Source of the DNA: Deltaproteobacteria bacterium
Lineage (GTDB): Bacteria > Myxococcota_A > Polyangia > Haliangiales > JADYYK01
Reading direction: 5' to 3'
Length of the DNA stretch: 64,000 nt
NCBI GenBank assembly: GCA_020853705.1
Contig: JADYYK010000014.1
Span: 77,751 to 141,750, forward strand
The notes below the pieces were generated by a model, which worked only from the letters and a program-made list of their open reading frames with translations, was not told where the DNA came from and ran no database searches. Of this stretch, positions 53,505 to 62,624 are shown piece by piece; positions within the stretch are counted from its first letter, which is position 1; each line of letters starts with the position of its first letter. The position numbers were made by a program, and so were the translations under genes.

Positions 53505-54632
53505 CTACGGGATCCCGATGGGCGTCGGCACCGGGGGCCGCGCCAGCGCCATCTCGACGATCCGCCCCAGGGTCTCCGCGAAGCTCATCCCCGCCGCCTG
53601 CGACGACTCCATGAAGGCGACGCCCTGGGTCAGATCGGGGTTGGGGTTGACCTCGAGCACGAAGGGCCGACCCTCGGCGTCCAGGCGCATGTCGACGCGG
53701 GCATAGTCGCGGCAGCCCAGCAGCTGGAAGGCGGCCACCGCGATCTCCTTCACCTTGGCCTCGATCTCCGGCTCCAGCTTGGCGGGGCACACCGACTTGG
53801 TGGTGTGGAAGGCCTGGTGATAGGGATCCCACTTGGCCTGGTACGAGATGATCTTGTGCAGGTGGTCGGGCATGCCCGAGAAGTCCATCTCGGAGATGGG
53901 CAGCGCGATGGGCGGCGAGTTGCCCAGCACGGCGACGCCGAGCTCGCGCCCCTCGATGAACTCCTCGACCAGCGCGGGCTGCTTGAAGCGCTCGTGGATC
54001 AGCTTGACGCGGGCGTCGAGGGCGTCCTTGTCGGACACCACCGACTCGTTCTCGACGCCGAGGCTGGCGTCCTCGCGCACCGGCTTGACGATCAGCGGGT
54101 AGCGCAGGTTGTGGCGCAGGGTGTCGGGCTCGGCGTCACCGACCGGCGGGTCGATGATCTTGTAGCGCGGGGTCGGGATGTTGTCGCGCGCCAGGATGGC
54201 CTTGGTGAGGCCCTTGCGCTGACACAGCGCCAGCGTCAGCGGCGGCGACCCGGTGTACGGGATCTTGAGCAGCTCGTAGAGGCCGGCGACGAACGACTCC
54301 TGGTCGGTGCGGTCGTTGAAGAACTCGACCAGGTTGAAGACGATGTCGGGCTTCTCGCTGCGCAGACACCACAGCAGGCGGCCGAACTTGTCCTCGACGT
54401 TGAGCGCCGAGACCTGGTAGCCCGCCTCGGTCAGGGCATCGACCAGGGCCTGGATCTCCTCGCGCAGCGTCGCGACGTTGAGGTTGTAGTTGAGCTCGAA
54501 GTCGACCTCCTTCGCGCCCTCCTTGCGCATGCGCTCGTACTGGTCCTCACCAACGAAGTTGAACAGGACCAGGACCCGCTTACCTTTGCCCGCGCCCTTT
54601 ACTGGCTTGGACTGCTCGTCGCCGTTCGCCAT
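53505..54632 (-). CDS. ATP-grasp enzyme, D-alanine--D-alanine ligase family
   Basis: ATG 54630-54632 within ORF 53505-55331. Motifs PLIVKPVREDASLGV, LVEEFIEGRELGVAVLG and ARVDMRLDAEGRPFVLEVNPNPDL. Confidence 0.82.
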   Translation of the reverse strand: MANGDEQSKPVKGAGKGKRVLVLFNFVGEDQYERMRKEGAKEVDFELNYNLNVATLREEIQALVDALTEAGYQVSALNVEDKFGRLLWCLRSEKPDIVFNLVEFFNDRTDQESFVAGLYELLKIPYTGSPPLTLALCQRKGLTKAILARDNIPTPRYKIIDPPVGDAEPDTLRHNLRYPLIVKPVREDASLGVENESVVSDKDALDARVKLIHERFKQPALVEEFIEGRELGVAVLGNSPPIALPISEMDFSGMPDHLHKIISYQAKWDPYHQAFHTTKSVCPAKLEPEIEAKVKEIAVAAFQLLGCRDYARVDMRLDAEGRPFVLEVNPNPDLTQGVAFMESSQAAGMSFAETLGRIVEMALARPPVPTPIGIP

Positions 54633-54773
54633 CGCGAGGCATCGTAGGTCAAAGCCGCCGCGACATCTCGACTTTTTTCTGAGCCCACGAGGCCATGCTG
54701 GCGCGGCCCGGCTGTGGTATCGTTGCGGGGTGAGCGGTTGGTCCAGAGGTCGGGGACGGGCGAGGGGGGCGCG

Positions 54774-55436
54774 ATGAAGAACGTGCAAGTGACGTTCGCG
54801 TCGGGCAAGCAGATCCTGGATGCCTACTGGGGCTTCCTGGCGAATGGCGGCCTGGTGCTGCCGAGCTCGCCCGAGCTGGAGGTGGGTGACGCCGTCGAGC
54901 TGCAGGTGGTGCTGGAGTCGCAGCGCCGCGAGTGGCGCTTCCGCGGGGTCGTGGTCAAGCGACCGCCGTCGCACGACTGGGTCGACGTCGCGTACATCTC
55001 GTTCGATCCGGGGCAGCCGCACGACCTGCTGCTGTCGGCCGCGTGGGCCGAGGCCGAGCACACCGCGGCGCGCCGCAGCGTGCGCCACCCCTGTGATCTG
55101 GCGGTGCGCTACGCGCCGACCGAGATCGTCAGCGGCGTGGGCGCCGAAGGCTCGGCGACGTTGCTGGGACGGCTGATGAACGTCAGCGAGAGCGGCGCGC
55201 TGCTGCGGGCCGGGATCTTGTTCCCGGTCGGCACCGAGCTGGCGGTCGAGATCGAGGGGCTCCAGGTGCGTGCGCAGGTGGCGTGGCGCCTGGATCCGCC
55301 CGGCATGCTGATGGGCCTGGTGTTCGGGCAAGAGGGCATCCAGACCGCGATGGACGACGGCGCGCGCAAGCGCCTGGCGCAGCTGCTCGACAAGCTGTCG
55401 GAGCCGTCCAGCGTGCGCGTCGCCCTGCTGTCGTAG
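54774..55436 (+). CDS. Two-domain PilZ protein (PilZ-like N-terminal domain + canonical c-di-GMP-binding PilZ domain)
   Basis: ATG 54774 (G-rich SD-like tract upstream). N-terminal domain ILDAYWGFLANGGLVLP...VGDAVELQVVL. C-terminal domain has RxxxR (RRSVR, 55071-55085) and N-x-S-x-x-G (NVSESG, 55179-55196). Confidence 0.82.
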   Translation: MKNVQVTFASGKQILDAYWGFLANGGLVLPSSPELEVGDAVELQVVLESQRREWRFRGVVVKRPPSHDWVDVAYISFDPGQPHDLLLSAAWAEAEHTAARRSVRHPCDLAVRYAPTEIVSGVGAEGSATLLGRLMNVSESGALLRAGILFPVGTELAVEIEGLQVRAQVAWRLDPPGMLMGLVFGQEGIQTAMDDGARKRLAQLLDKLSEPSSVRVALLS

Positions 55437-56063
55437 CTATTTCGGCAGCGCGGTGACCACGGCCAGGACCTCGACGTCGTGGCCGCGCGGGTCGACCTGG
55501 GGGAAGGTCCGCGCGATCCGCCCCTCGCGATCGATCACGAAGGTGACGCGGCTGGTGTGGCCGTTCTTGAGCGGCACGCCGTAGGCCTTGGCCAGTGTGG
55601 CCTCGGGATCGACCAGCAGCTTGAACGGCAGGTTGTACTTGGCCACGAAGGCCTGGTGCGACGCCGCGTCGTCGAGCGACACGCCCAGGATGGCGGCGCC
55701 CGACGCCACATAGGCGGGCAGCTGATCGCGGAAGGCCTGGGCCTCGATGGTGCAGCCGGGGGTGTCGTCCTTGGGATAGAAGTACAGCACCACCGGGCCG
55801 CCACGCAGGCCCGACAGCGAGACCTTGGTGCCGTCGTGCGCGGGCAGCAGGAAGTCGGGCGCCATGGTGCCCTCGGCCAGCGGCGTCGGCTGCGGCTCGT
55901 CGGGCACGGGCACGGCGGCAGCGCCGGTGCCTGGTGCGGCGGCGCCGGGCGCGGCCGGGGCGGCACCCACCGGTGGGGCCGGCGCCGGCTTCTTGTCCTT
56001 GCAGGCGGCGGTCAGCGCGAGGGGCAGCAGCACGAGAGCAAGTGGTGAGGTGCGCACGCGCAA
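55437..56063 (-). CDS. bcp: Peroxiredoxin (Bcp/AhpC-TSA family), lipoprotein form
   Basis: 208 aa. Lipobox LALTAA/C. Peroxidatic-Cys motif VVLYFYPKDDTPGCTIEA. Confidence 0.9.
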   Translation of the reverse strand: MRVRTSPLALVLLPLALTAACKDKKPAPAPPVGAAPAAPGAAAPGTGAAAVPVPDEPQPTPLAEGTMAPDFLLPAHDGTKVSLSGLRGGPVVLYFYPKDDTPGCTIEAQAFRDQLPAYVASGAAILGVSLDDAASHQAFVAKYNLPFKLLVDPEATLAKAYGVPLKNGHTSRVTFVIDREGRIARTFPQVDPRGHDVEVLAVVTALPK

Positions 56064-56082
56064 AAGGTAGCCGAAACACAGG

Positions 56083-56110
56083 CGCCGCGCGAGCCCAGCC
56101 CCGCGCGGCG
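56083..56110 (-). terminator. GC hairpin downstream of the 56151 gene
   Basis: cGCCGCGCG-(10 nt)-CGCGCGGCg: a 9-bp stem. On the minus strand it is followed by a weak tgtgttt tract. Confidence 0.4.
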
Positions 56111-56150
56111 TCTGCGAACATCAATGGGTGGTACGGCTGGTGACGCTGGC

Positions 56151-56690
56151 CTACTCGCTGAACGCCAGCGGGTAGCGCACCTCGGTCTCGCCATCGGCGG
56201 ACGGGAAGCTCCAGGTGCGCGCCGCGCGCGCCATGCAGGTGCCCAGCTTGGCGGGGCCCTCGAGGCCGTCGATGCTGGCGGCGGAGACCGCGCCGCTGGG
56301 CTCGACGGTCAGGGCGATGGTCACGCTGCCGACGCTGATCGAGTGGCCGGCGTAGCGCTCGTGGCAGGACGCCAGATCCGACAGGTGGGCGCGGATGGTG
56401 TCCTCGATCTGCGTCTGTGACAGGCGCTCGACGGTGAAGACCTCGTACTCGACGTAGTCGGGCTTGCGCGCCGACTTCTTGCGCAGCTCGAGGCCGGCGC
56501 TGGCGCGCGCGCGCTCGCCCAGGCGGGCCAGGGCGTCGGGCGCGGCGGGCGCGGGGTCACGGGCGGGGATGGTGGCCAGGGCGGCGCTGCCGCGCTTGCC
56601 GCGGCGGGCCCGGGTCGGTTCGGCGCTGACGCTGGTCACCAGGCCGAGCAGCGCACCCGCGGTCACCAGCAGCTTCATCGTCTTCATCAT
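56151..56690 (-). CDS. Secreted protein with an AgmX/PglI-type (TonB_C-like) C-terminal domain
   Basis: AGGAGG precedes ATG 56688-56690. Signal peptide MMKTMKLLVTAGALLGLVTSVSA/E. C-terminal pattern IRAHLSDLASCHERY...VTIALTVEPSGAVSAASIDGL...LGTCMARAARTWSFP...EVRYPLAF. Confidence 0.7.
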   Translation of the reverse strand: MMKTMKLLVTAGALLGLVTSVSAEPTRARRGKRGSAALATIPARDPAPAAPDALARLGERARASAGLELRKKSARKPDYVEYEVFTVERLSQTQIEDTIRAHLSDLASCHERYAGHSISVGSVTIALTVEPSGAVSAASIDGLEGPAKLGTCMARAARTWSFPSADGETEVRYPLAFSE

Positions 56691-56774
56691 CGTCGTCCCC
56701 TCCTGGGCGAGGGTGATTGCAGCGGCGATGCCAGCGCTGGTGACGGCGCGCGACGCACAGTTGCAGGCCACCGC

Positions 56775-56836
56775 GGGGTCGAAAGTACCCAGAAGCCGGC
56801 TACGCCGACATGGGGTCGAATGTCCCCCGGGGTCGG
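56775..56836. promoter_or_regulatory. Three direct GGGGTCG motifs upstream of the 56151-56690 gene
   Basis: GGGGTCGAAAGTACCC (56775), GGGGTCGAATGTCCCCC (56812) and GGGGTCGG (56829), lying 85-145 nt upstream of the start codon on the opposite strand. Confidence 0.35.
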
Positions 56837-56870
56837 CCGCCAGCGTGCCAGTGCCGCTGCCAGGGCGGCA

Positions 56871-58445
56871 CTAGCTCGGCTCGCGCAGCCACTCCAGCTG
56901 GCGCAGCAGCACGTCGAGGCGGTGCTGGTCGTCACCCGGGAAGAAGCCCGGGAAGAACAGCCGCGCGCCGCTCGGCCCCATGACGCGATCGCCGCCCACG
57001 CTGACGCTTGGTCCGACCAGCTGCCGCCCGGGCAGCCAGGTCGGCAGGTCGACGCCAGCGAACATCCACTCCTCGGCGGGCAGCTGCACGGGGCTTCCGC
57101 CAGGGCCTTGGTCGGCCAGGGCGCGACAGTGGATCCACGACCAGCGCTGACCACCGGGCAGCGTGACGTCACGGCGGCGCACCACCTCGAAGCGCAGCCA
57201 GCCCACCGTGCTCAGCGCCGCCAGCGGGAGCCTGGGCTCGAAGCCGGGCAGCGCAGCGGGCGCGCTGGCCGGTGGCGGCGTGGCGGGGTCGAACACCGCG
57301 GCGTCGACCGGCTGCGCGGCGAAGCGCGGCGTCGGCGCGGCCATCCAGCTCAGCACCCGGGCCTCCTCGGTGGCCGACCAGGGCAGCTCGACCTCGATGC
57401 CCAGGCCCGACACCGCGACCAGCTTGCGACCGCCCTGGGTGTCCATGTTGCTGACCGCGAGCCGGACGTCGCCCACCGGCTGCCGCAGCCAGCGCTTCAC
57501 CTCGACGCGGTAACCGTCGAGGCTGTTCATGAAGCGCGGTGGGTTCGGGATGGCCTCGCCATCACCGACGCCGAGCGCGGCGTGGAAGCGCCACATCAGG
57601 TGGGCCTGGGCCAGCGCCGTGGCGGCGGCGCCCAGGCGCGCGTCATAGGCGGCGCGCGGCCGGGCCGCCAGCGCCTGCTCGATGCTGGCCAGCTGCGCGG
57701 CGTCGACCGGGGTCAGCGCGATGGCGTTCACGCGCGGCAGCGGATCGCCGGTGTTCGTGATGATGCCCCAGGCCGACAGCAGGTACCGCTGCGGCCCTGG
57801 CGTCAGCGGGCGCAGCAGGTCGGTCTTCCACTCGTGATCGAGCCAGCGCGGGCCGTGGGCATCGCCGGCCAGCACGCGCTCGACCTCGTAGTGGACGTAG
57901 AAGCCCTTGGCGTCAGGCGCGCCGACGTGCACCAGCGCGACGATGGGAGACACCAGCCAGGGCGCGGTCAGCCAGCCCTCCACGCGCCTCCGGTTGGCGG
58001 CGCTGTCGGGCAGCGCGGCCAGCACCAGCCCCTGCGGCGTCCAGCCCTCGCTGGTCTCGGCGGCGATCAGCCAGCGCGTGTGCGGCGCCGTGGCCGAGCG
58101 CTGCTGCAGCCCATCGAGGTGCAGCCGGCGCGGGATGCGGTAGCCGCGCAGCTGTTCCAGCACCGTGGCCTGGCTCAGGCCGTCGGGGCGCTCCTCGGGG
58201 AGCTCGACCACGAGGACCGACGCCGCGGTGGCGAACGCGGCCTCCAGCCAGCGCTGCTCGGGGTCCTCCGACGGCGCGGGCGGCGTCGCCAGCCGTGTCG
58301 CCGGAGCGCGCTGCGGGTCGGGCTTGCCCGGGCCGGCACCGCGGCGCCCCGCCGGCTCACGATGACAGCCCGCGAACGCGAGCGCGATCGAGAGCACGGA
58401 CAGGAGCACGACGGAGCCCTCACGGCGACGAGTTGGCATGCCCAC
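56871..58445 (-). CDS. Lipoprotein, unknown function
   Basis: 524 aa. MGMPTRRREGSVVLLSVLSIALAFAG/C. No recognised motif. Confidence 0.65.
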   Translation of the reverse strand: MGMPTRRREGSVVLLSVLSIALAFAGCHREPAGRRGAGPGKPDPQRAPATRLATPPAPSEDPEQRWLEAAFATAASVLVVELPEERPDGLSQATVLEQLRGYRIPRRLHLDGLQQRSATAPHTRWLIAAETSEGWTPQGLVLAALPDSAANRRRVEGWLTAPWLVSPIVALVHVGAPDAKGFYVHYEVERVLAGDAHGPRWLDHEWKTDLLRPLTPGPQRYLLSAWGIITNTGDPLPRVNAIALTPVDAAQLASIEQALAARPRAAYDARLGAAATALAQAHLMWRFHAALGVGDGEAIPNPPRFMNSLDGYRVEVKRWLRQPVGDVRLAVSNMDTQGGRKLVAVSGLGIEVELPWSATEEARVLSWMAAPTPRFAAQPVDAAVFDPATPPPASAPAALPGFEPRLPLAALSTVGWLRFEVVRRRDVTLPGGQRWSWIHCRALADQGPGGSPVQLPAEEWMFAGVDLPTWLPGRQLVGPSVSVGGDRVMGPSGARLFFPGFFPGDDQHRLDVLLRQLEWLREPS

Positions 58446-58580
58446 ATTACCGGCCGGGGGGCCGAGATCGTCCCGCGACCTTGGGGTCTTTACCCCCGAT
58501 TTACCCGGCTGCGTCGAGGGGACGACGAGACATGGTCAGACCAGGTCCGCGGCAGGCCGACGCATCCGCCCGTCGCTTCG

Positions 58581-59918
58581 CTACGGCCTGATGAAGAACG
58601 GCGACACCCAGGCGTCGTCGGTGTTGCTGCCCAGCTGGGTCACGTGCACCAGCACATAGCCGCCCGCGGGGGGCGTCGCGACCTGGAACTGGTAGGTCCC
58701 CGCGGCGACTGGGCTGGCGAACGCCGGCACCGTGACCGCGGCGGCCTGGGCGCCGCCGACGGCGTCGTCGCGCAGCACCTCGATGCGATAGGTCGCGCCC
58801 GGCTCGCCGGCGTCCTCGAGGCCGATCTCCAGCGGCAGCATCGCGCCGGCCTCGGCCACCGTGACGTCGCTGCCCATGTAGCGGTCGCCCCCGGCCAGCT
58901 TGGCGACCACGTGCAGGCCCAGCGTCTTGTCCTCGCTGGCGAACGTCCGGCGCTCGTACAGCGCCTCGGCGATGGCGCTGATGCTCTGCCCGGTGGCCAG
59001 CACGCCGACGCGGCTGTCGGTCCGGGTGCCGTACTGCTGATCGTGGTTGTCCTCGCCGACCGACATGCCGACGCGGGCGCCGTTGTTCAGGAGCTCCAGC
59101 ACGCGGGGACGGTTCTGGGTGTCGCCGCCGCTGCCCGACAGGACCTCGACCAGGCGCACATACTTGTTGCTGGCGTCGGCCCACGCGCCCAGGGTCGGGA
59201 AGTCGTCGATGCCATACTCGAGGCGCGCCTTGTCGGCCAGGGTGTACTCGGAGGCGGTGAAGGAGGGGTGCGCGAAGGCCGCGAACGGCCTGAGGCCCGC
59301 GTTGCCCGCCACCTCGGGGTGCGCCGACTCGTAGCTGGGCAGCCAGTTGGCGTACAGCAGATCGAAGCGCCCGCCGTCGAGGCCGATGCGGATGTCGGTC
59401 TGGAACACCGTCATGTGGTTGCCGGTGGCCACGGTGGAGTACTCCTGGCCCATCAGCACCACGAAGCTGCCGCAGCGTGACTCGGTGACCGCGGCGGTGA
59501 TGTCGGCGAACTCCTCGCCGTCGACCAGGTGGTTGTGCGGCGTCAGCGCGAAGAAGTCGAGCCCGGCCGCCTTGGCCTTCTGGATCACCGCGCGCGGATC
59601 GCCGCCGGCATAGCGCGCCGGGTTCTGCTGCCTGAAGGCCAGCCACTCGGCGCTGCCGGTGACGCCGGGCTCGTTGCCCGCGATGATGCCGCCGTCGTCG
59701 CCGCCGCGCAGCGCATAGACGTGATCGTGCAGAGTGCCGAGGTAGGTCGCGTAGGGCCCCACGCGGTGGCGCGGCGTGCTGTCGACCCCGGCGTCGACGC
59801 ACAGCGGCGGCTGCGCGCCGTCGCTGACGCCGCTGTCGACCGGCGGGCCGCCGCCGTCGTGGGTGCACGACAGGAGCGGCAGCAGGCCTGACGCCAGCGC
59901 GAGCCAGCCCCGCCTCAA
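58581..59918 (-). CDS. Lipoprotein, PHP/CehA-like metallo-hydrolase fold plus C-terminal beta-sandwich (putative)
   Basis: TTG 59916-59918 overlaps the upstream stop (TTGA) and gives (M)RRGWLALASGLLPLLS/C. Motifs LHDHVY, FFALTPHNH, FAHPSF and VGEDNHD. ORF 58581-60746 is an out-of-frame upstream extension. Confidence 0.6.
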   Translation of the reverse strand: MRRGWLALASGLLPLLSCTHDGGGPPVDSGVSDGAQPPLCVDAGVDSTPRHRVGPYATYLGTLHDHVYALRGGDDGGIIAGNEPGVTGSAEWLAFRQQNPARYAGGDPRAVIQKAKAAGLDFFALTPHNHLVDGEEFADITAAVTESRCGSFVVLMGQEYSTVATGNHMTVFQTDIRIGLDGGRFDLLYANWLPSYESAHPEVAGNAGLRPFAAFAHPSFTASEYTLADKARLEYGIDDFPTLGAWADASNKYVRLVEVLSGSGGDTQNRPRVLELLNNGARVGMSVGEDNHDQQYGTRTDSRVGVLATGQSISAIAEALYERRTFASEDKTLGLHVVAKLAGGDRYMGSDVTVAEAGAMLPLEIGLEDAGEPGATYRIEVLRDDAVGGAQAAAVTVPAFASPVAAGTYQFQVATPPAGGYVLVHVTQLGSNTDDAWVSPFFIRP

Positions 59919-62488
59919 GGCGTCAGATCTCCGGCCGTACGCAGCATCAGGTTCGGCCGCATCGCATAGCCGTCGATGAGACCCAAGATCTGGCTGAAGG
60001 TCTGGCCCACGGTCGAGGCCGGGGCGCCGTTGGTGGCGTTGTCGATCAGGAAGTCGCTGACCCGGGCGCACGGCGGCGCGGTGCCGCTGCAGTTCTGGGT
60101 CGTCGGGGTGTCGGTGACATAGAAGTCGTCGTCGCCGGCCACCTTGGCCTGCACCGTCACGTTGCGCACGCGCACCAGCAACGACTCCAGCTTCTCGCCG
60201 CTGGCCGCGCTGCCCAGCTCCAGCGTGGTGGCGTCGACCGGGGTCACGTTGCCGCCGGTGGCCGCCACCAGGGTGACGTCGGCCACCGCGGTCTGATCGA
60301 TCTGATCGATGTTGCTGAACTCGGTGAAGCGGCCGGTCACCGACAGGATCATGCCGGGCACCACGGTCATGCCGCCGACCTGGCGCACCGGGTTCATGAA
60401 CAGGAAGATCCCCGCGTAGTCGCGTCCGCCGGCGTCGCGGATGTAAAAGCCGTTCGACTTGACCGCGGTGACGTGCGCCACCGAGATGGTGACGCGCTGG
60501 CCCAGCGAGCGCCGCCCCAGCGCGGGGTCGCGCAGCTGCGCGATGGTGGTGCCGCAGGCCGCGCCGTTCAGGTTGGAGAAGTCGGGGCAGGCGTCGCAGG
60601 CGTCGCCGATGTTGTCGGTGTCGCGATCGGCCTGGGTCGGGTTGGCCACGGTGGGGCAGTTGTCGGTCGCCATCGGCACCCCGTCGCGGTCGACGTCGTT
60701 GGGGTCGGGGCGCGTGCAGCTGGTGGTGTTGGCGTCGAGCGGGCACGGATCGCAGACGTCGCCGACGCCGTCCATGTCGGCGTCGGGCTGCATGCCGGCG
60801 TCCATCGGGCGCACCGGGTTGAACACCCGCGGGCAGTTGTCGCCCGCCAGGACGCCGTCACCGTCGGGATCGTCGGCGGTGATGTCGCCGCTGTACTCGC
60901 CCGGGCGTGACGGCTTGCAGCTGGGCTCGTTGGCCGGGGTGCCGCAGTAGAACAGGGGCTCGATGGCCAGGGTGCCCGGCGCCGCGGCCGCCATGGTGGT
61001 CAGGTCGGCCAGCGAGATCCCTGCCTCGCGCATCACGCACACGCGCTTCTGCGCGCCGCACACGTCGAGCATGTCGCAGGTCGCGCCGGCGGGATCCAGC
61101 GCCGCCACCAGGGCGGCGTCGCCGTTCATCACGGTGCCGCCGCGCAGCACCAGCACGACGTCCTCGGCCCCGGCGTCGAGCACCGCGCGGTGGTGCTTGC
61201 GGGTGCCCTGGGTGCGGAAGATCGACACGTCGGCGACCAGGCCGGCGCGCAGCGAGCCGATGGCGTCGTCCATCTTGGCAGCGCGCGCGGCGTTGACGGT
61301 GGCCATCTGCCACAGCTGCTCGTCGCTGAAGTAGCCGCCGTAGTAGCTCTTGTTGAGCGAGTCGGCGCAGTGCAGCTCGCGCAGGATGTTGAGCGAGCCC
61401 GAGGCCACCCAGTCGGTGCCCAGCGCGATGACCGCACCCATGCGGTCCATCATGGTGACCTGCGCGGTGTTGCCATAGAGGTCGATGTTGGAGCGCGGCG
61501 ACCACACCACGATGGTGCCGTCGTTGCGCAGCTGATCGACGTCGGTCGCGGTCAGGCCGATGGAGTGGATGAAGGCGCTCTTGCCGTTGACGTGGTCATG
61601 GCCGCCGCCCGACTCGGACGACAGACAGGTGAACTCGTTGCGCGCCTCGACGGTGATGCCCTCGGACACGTGGGGCACGTAAGCGTCGGCGGTCACGCTG
61701 GCGGTGGTCGGCACCTTGGGGTAGCCGCAGCCCGAGGCCAGGCGGGTGCACGAGCTGCCGTCGCCCAGCGGGAAGGTCTCGAAGGTCGCCGGCGGCTGCG
61801 ACAGCCCCTCCTGGCGATCGGTGGCGCGGTCGAGGTTGCGCAGGAAGTTGTCGGCGTCGCCGGAGCCGATCAGCGAGGTGGTGCCGGCCAGCATCTGGCG
61901 CAGCTCGCCCCAGGCCACCTGGCGCGCCTTGGCGGTGCCCAGCGTCTTGAGCTCCTGGGAGGCGTCGTTGGGGCAGGCGCCGCGCCACTCGTGGCGGTGC
62001 GCGTAGCGGCGGGTCTGCGGCGGGTGCGGCGGCGTGTTGGTGAAGGTGATGTGATCGTGCGCGTTGATGAGGCCGGGGGAGATCACGGTCTCGGCGCAGT
62101 CGAGCACGGTGGCGGTGGAGGCGCCCGCGGTGGCGCCGCAGTCGCACGCGGCGCACTTGATGAGGCCGTCGCCGCCGATCAGCAGCTGACCGTTCTCGAA
62201 CACCTGACCCGGCGCCAGCACGGTGCCCTGGAACATCAGGCCCGAGGTGCCGGGGGTCTTGACCACGCAGGTGCCGGCGGCCGACGAGATGGTGCGCGGA
62301 CAGACCACGACCTGCGACATGTTCTGGCCACCGTCGATGTCGGGGCCGCCATCGACCACCGGGCCGCCGTCGCGCGGGCCGGCGTCGACGTCGTCGTCAC
62401 CGGAGGTCGAGCTACAGCCAGTCAGGGCAGCGGTGAAGCTGATCGCGAGCGGAAACAGCAGAGCACAGCGGGTGAAACGCGAGAGCAT
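59915..62488 (-). CDS. Amidohydrolase-family lipoprotein fused to thrombospondin type-3 (Ca-binding) repeats and a C-terminal OB-like beta-barrel
   Basis: 857 aa. GAGGAC precedes ATG 62486-62488. Lipobox FTAALTG/C. Motif ISPGLINAHDHITF. TSP3 repeats DPDGDGVLAGDNCP, DADMDGVGDVCDPCP, DVDRDGVPMATDNCP and DRDTDNIGDACDACP (about 60585-60880). C-terminal sequence VTAVKSNGFYIRD...GIFLF. Confidence 0.8.
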   Translation of the reverse strand: MLSRFTRCALLFPLAISFTAALTGCSSTSGDDDVDAGPRDGGPVVDGGPDIDGGQNMSQVVVCPRTISSAAGTCVVKTPGTSGLMFQGTVLAPGQVFENGQLLIGGDGLIKCAACDCGATAGASTATVLDCAETVISPGLINAHDHITFTNTPPHPPQTRRYAHRHEWRGACPNDASQELKTLGTAKARQVAWGELRQMLAGTTSLIGSGDADNFLRNLDRATDRQEGLSQPPATFETFPLGDGSSCTRLASGCGYPKVPTTASVTADAYVPHVSEGITVEARNEFTCLSSESGGGHDHVNGKSAFIHSIGLTATDVDQLRNDGTIVVWSPRSNIDLYGNTAQVTMMDRMGAVIALGTDWVASGSLNILRELHCADSLNKSYYGGYFSDEQLWQMATVNAARAAKMDDAIGSLRAGLVADVSIFRTQGTRKHHRAVLDAGAEDVVLVLRGGTVMNGDAALVAALDPAGATCDMLDVCGAQKRVCVMREAGISLADLTTMAAAAPGTLAIEPLFYCGTPANEPSCKPSRPGEYSGDITADDPDGDGVLAGDNCPRVFNPVRPMDAGMQPDADMDGVGDVCDPCPLDANTTSCTRPDPNDVDRDGVPMATDNCPTVANPTQADRDTDNIGDACDACPDFSNLNGAACGTTIAQLRDPALGRRSLGQRVTISVAHVTAVKSNGFYIRDAGGRDYAGIFLFMNPVRQVGGMTVVPGMILSVTGRFTEFSNIDQIDQTAVADVTLVAATGGNVTPVDATTLELGSAASGEKLESLLVRVRNVTVQAKVAGDDDFYVTDTPTTQNCSGTAPPCARVSDFLIDNATNGAPASTVGQTFSQILGLIDGYAMRPNLMLRTAGDLTP

Positions 62489-62624
62489 TGAAGGGTCCTC
62501 GACAAGCCAATTTCACGGAGACTACCCGGCCTTTGCTGATCACGCTACCGCACAGATCACGACCGGCCAGTTACCTTGGTGGTTTGGCTTACCTCGCAGA
62601 AACGCGCAATCTGTGCGCGCCGCG

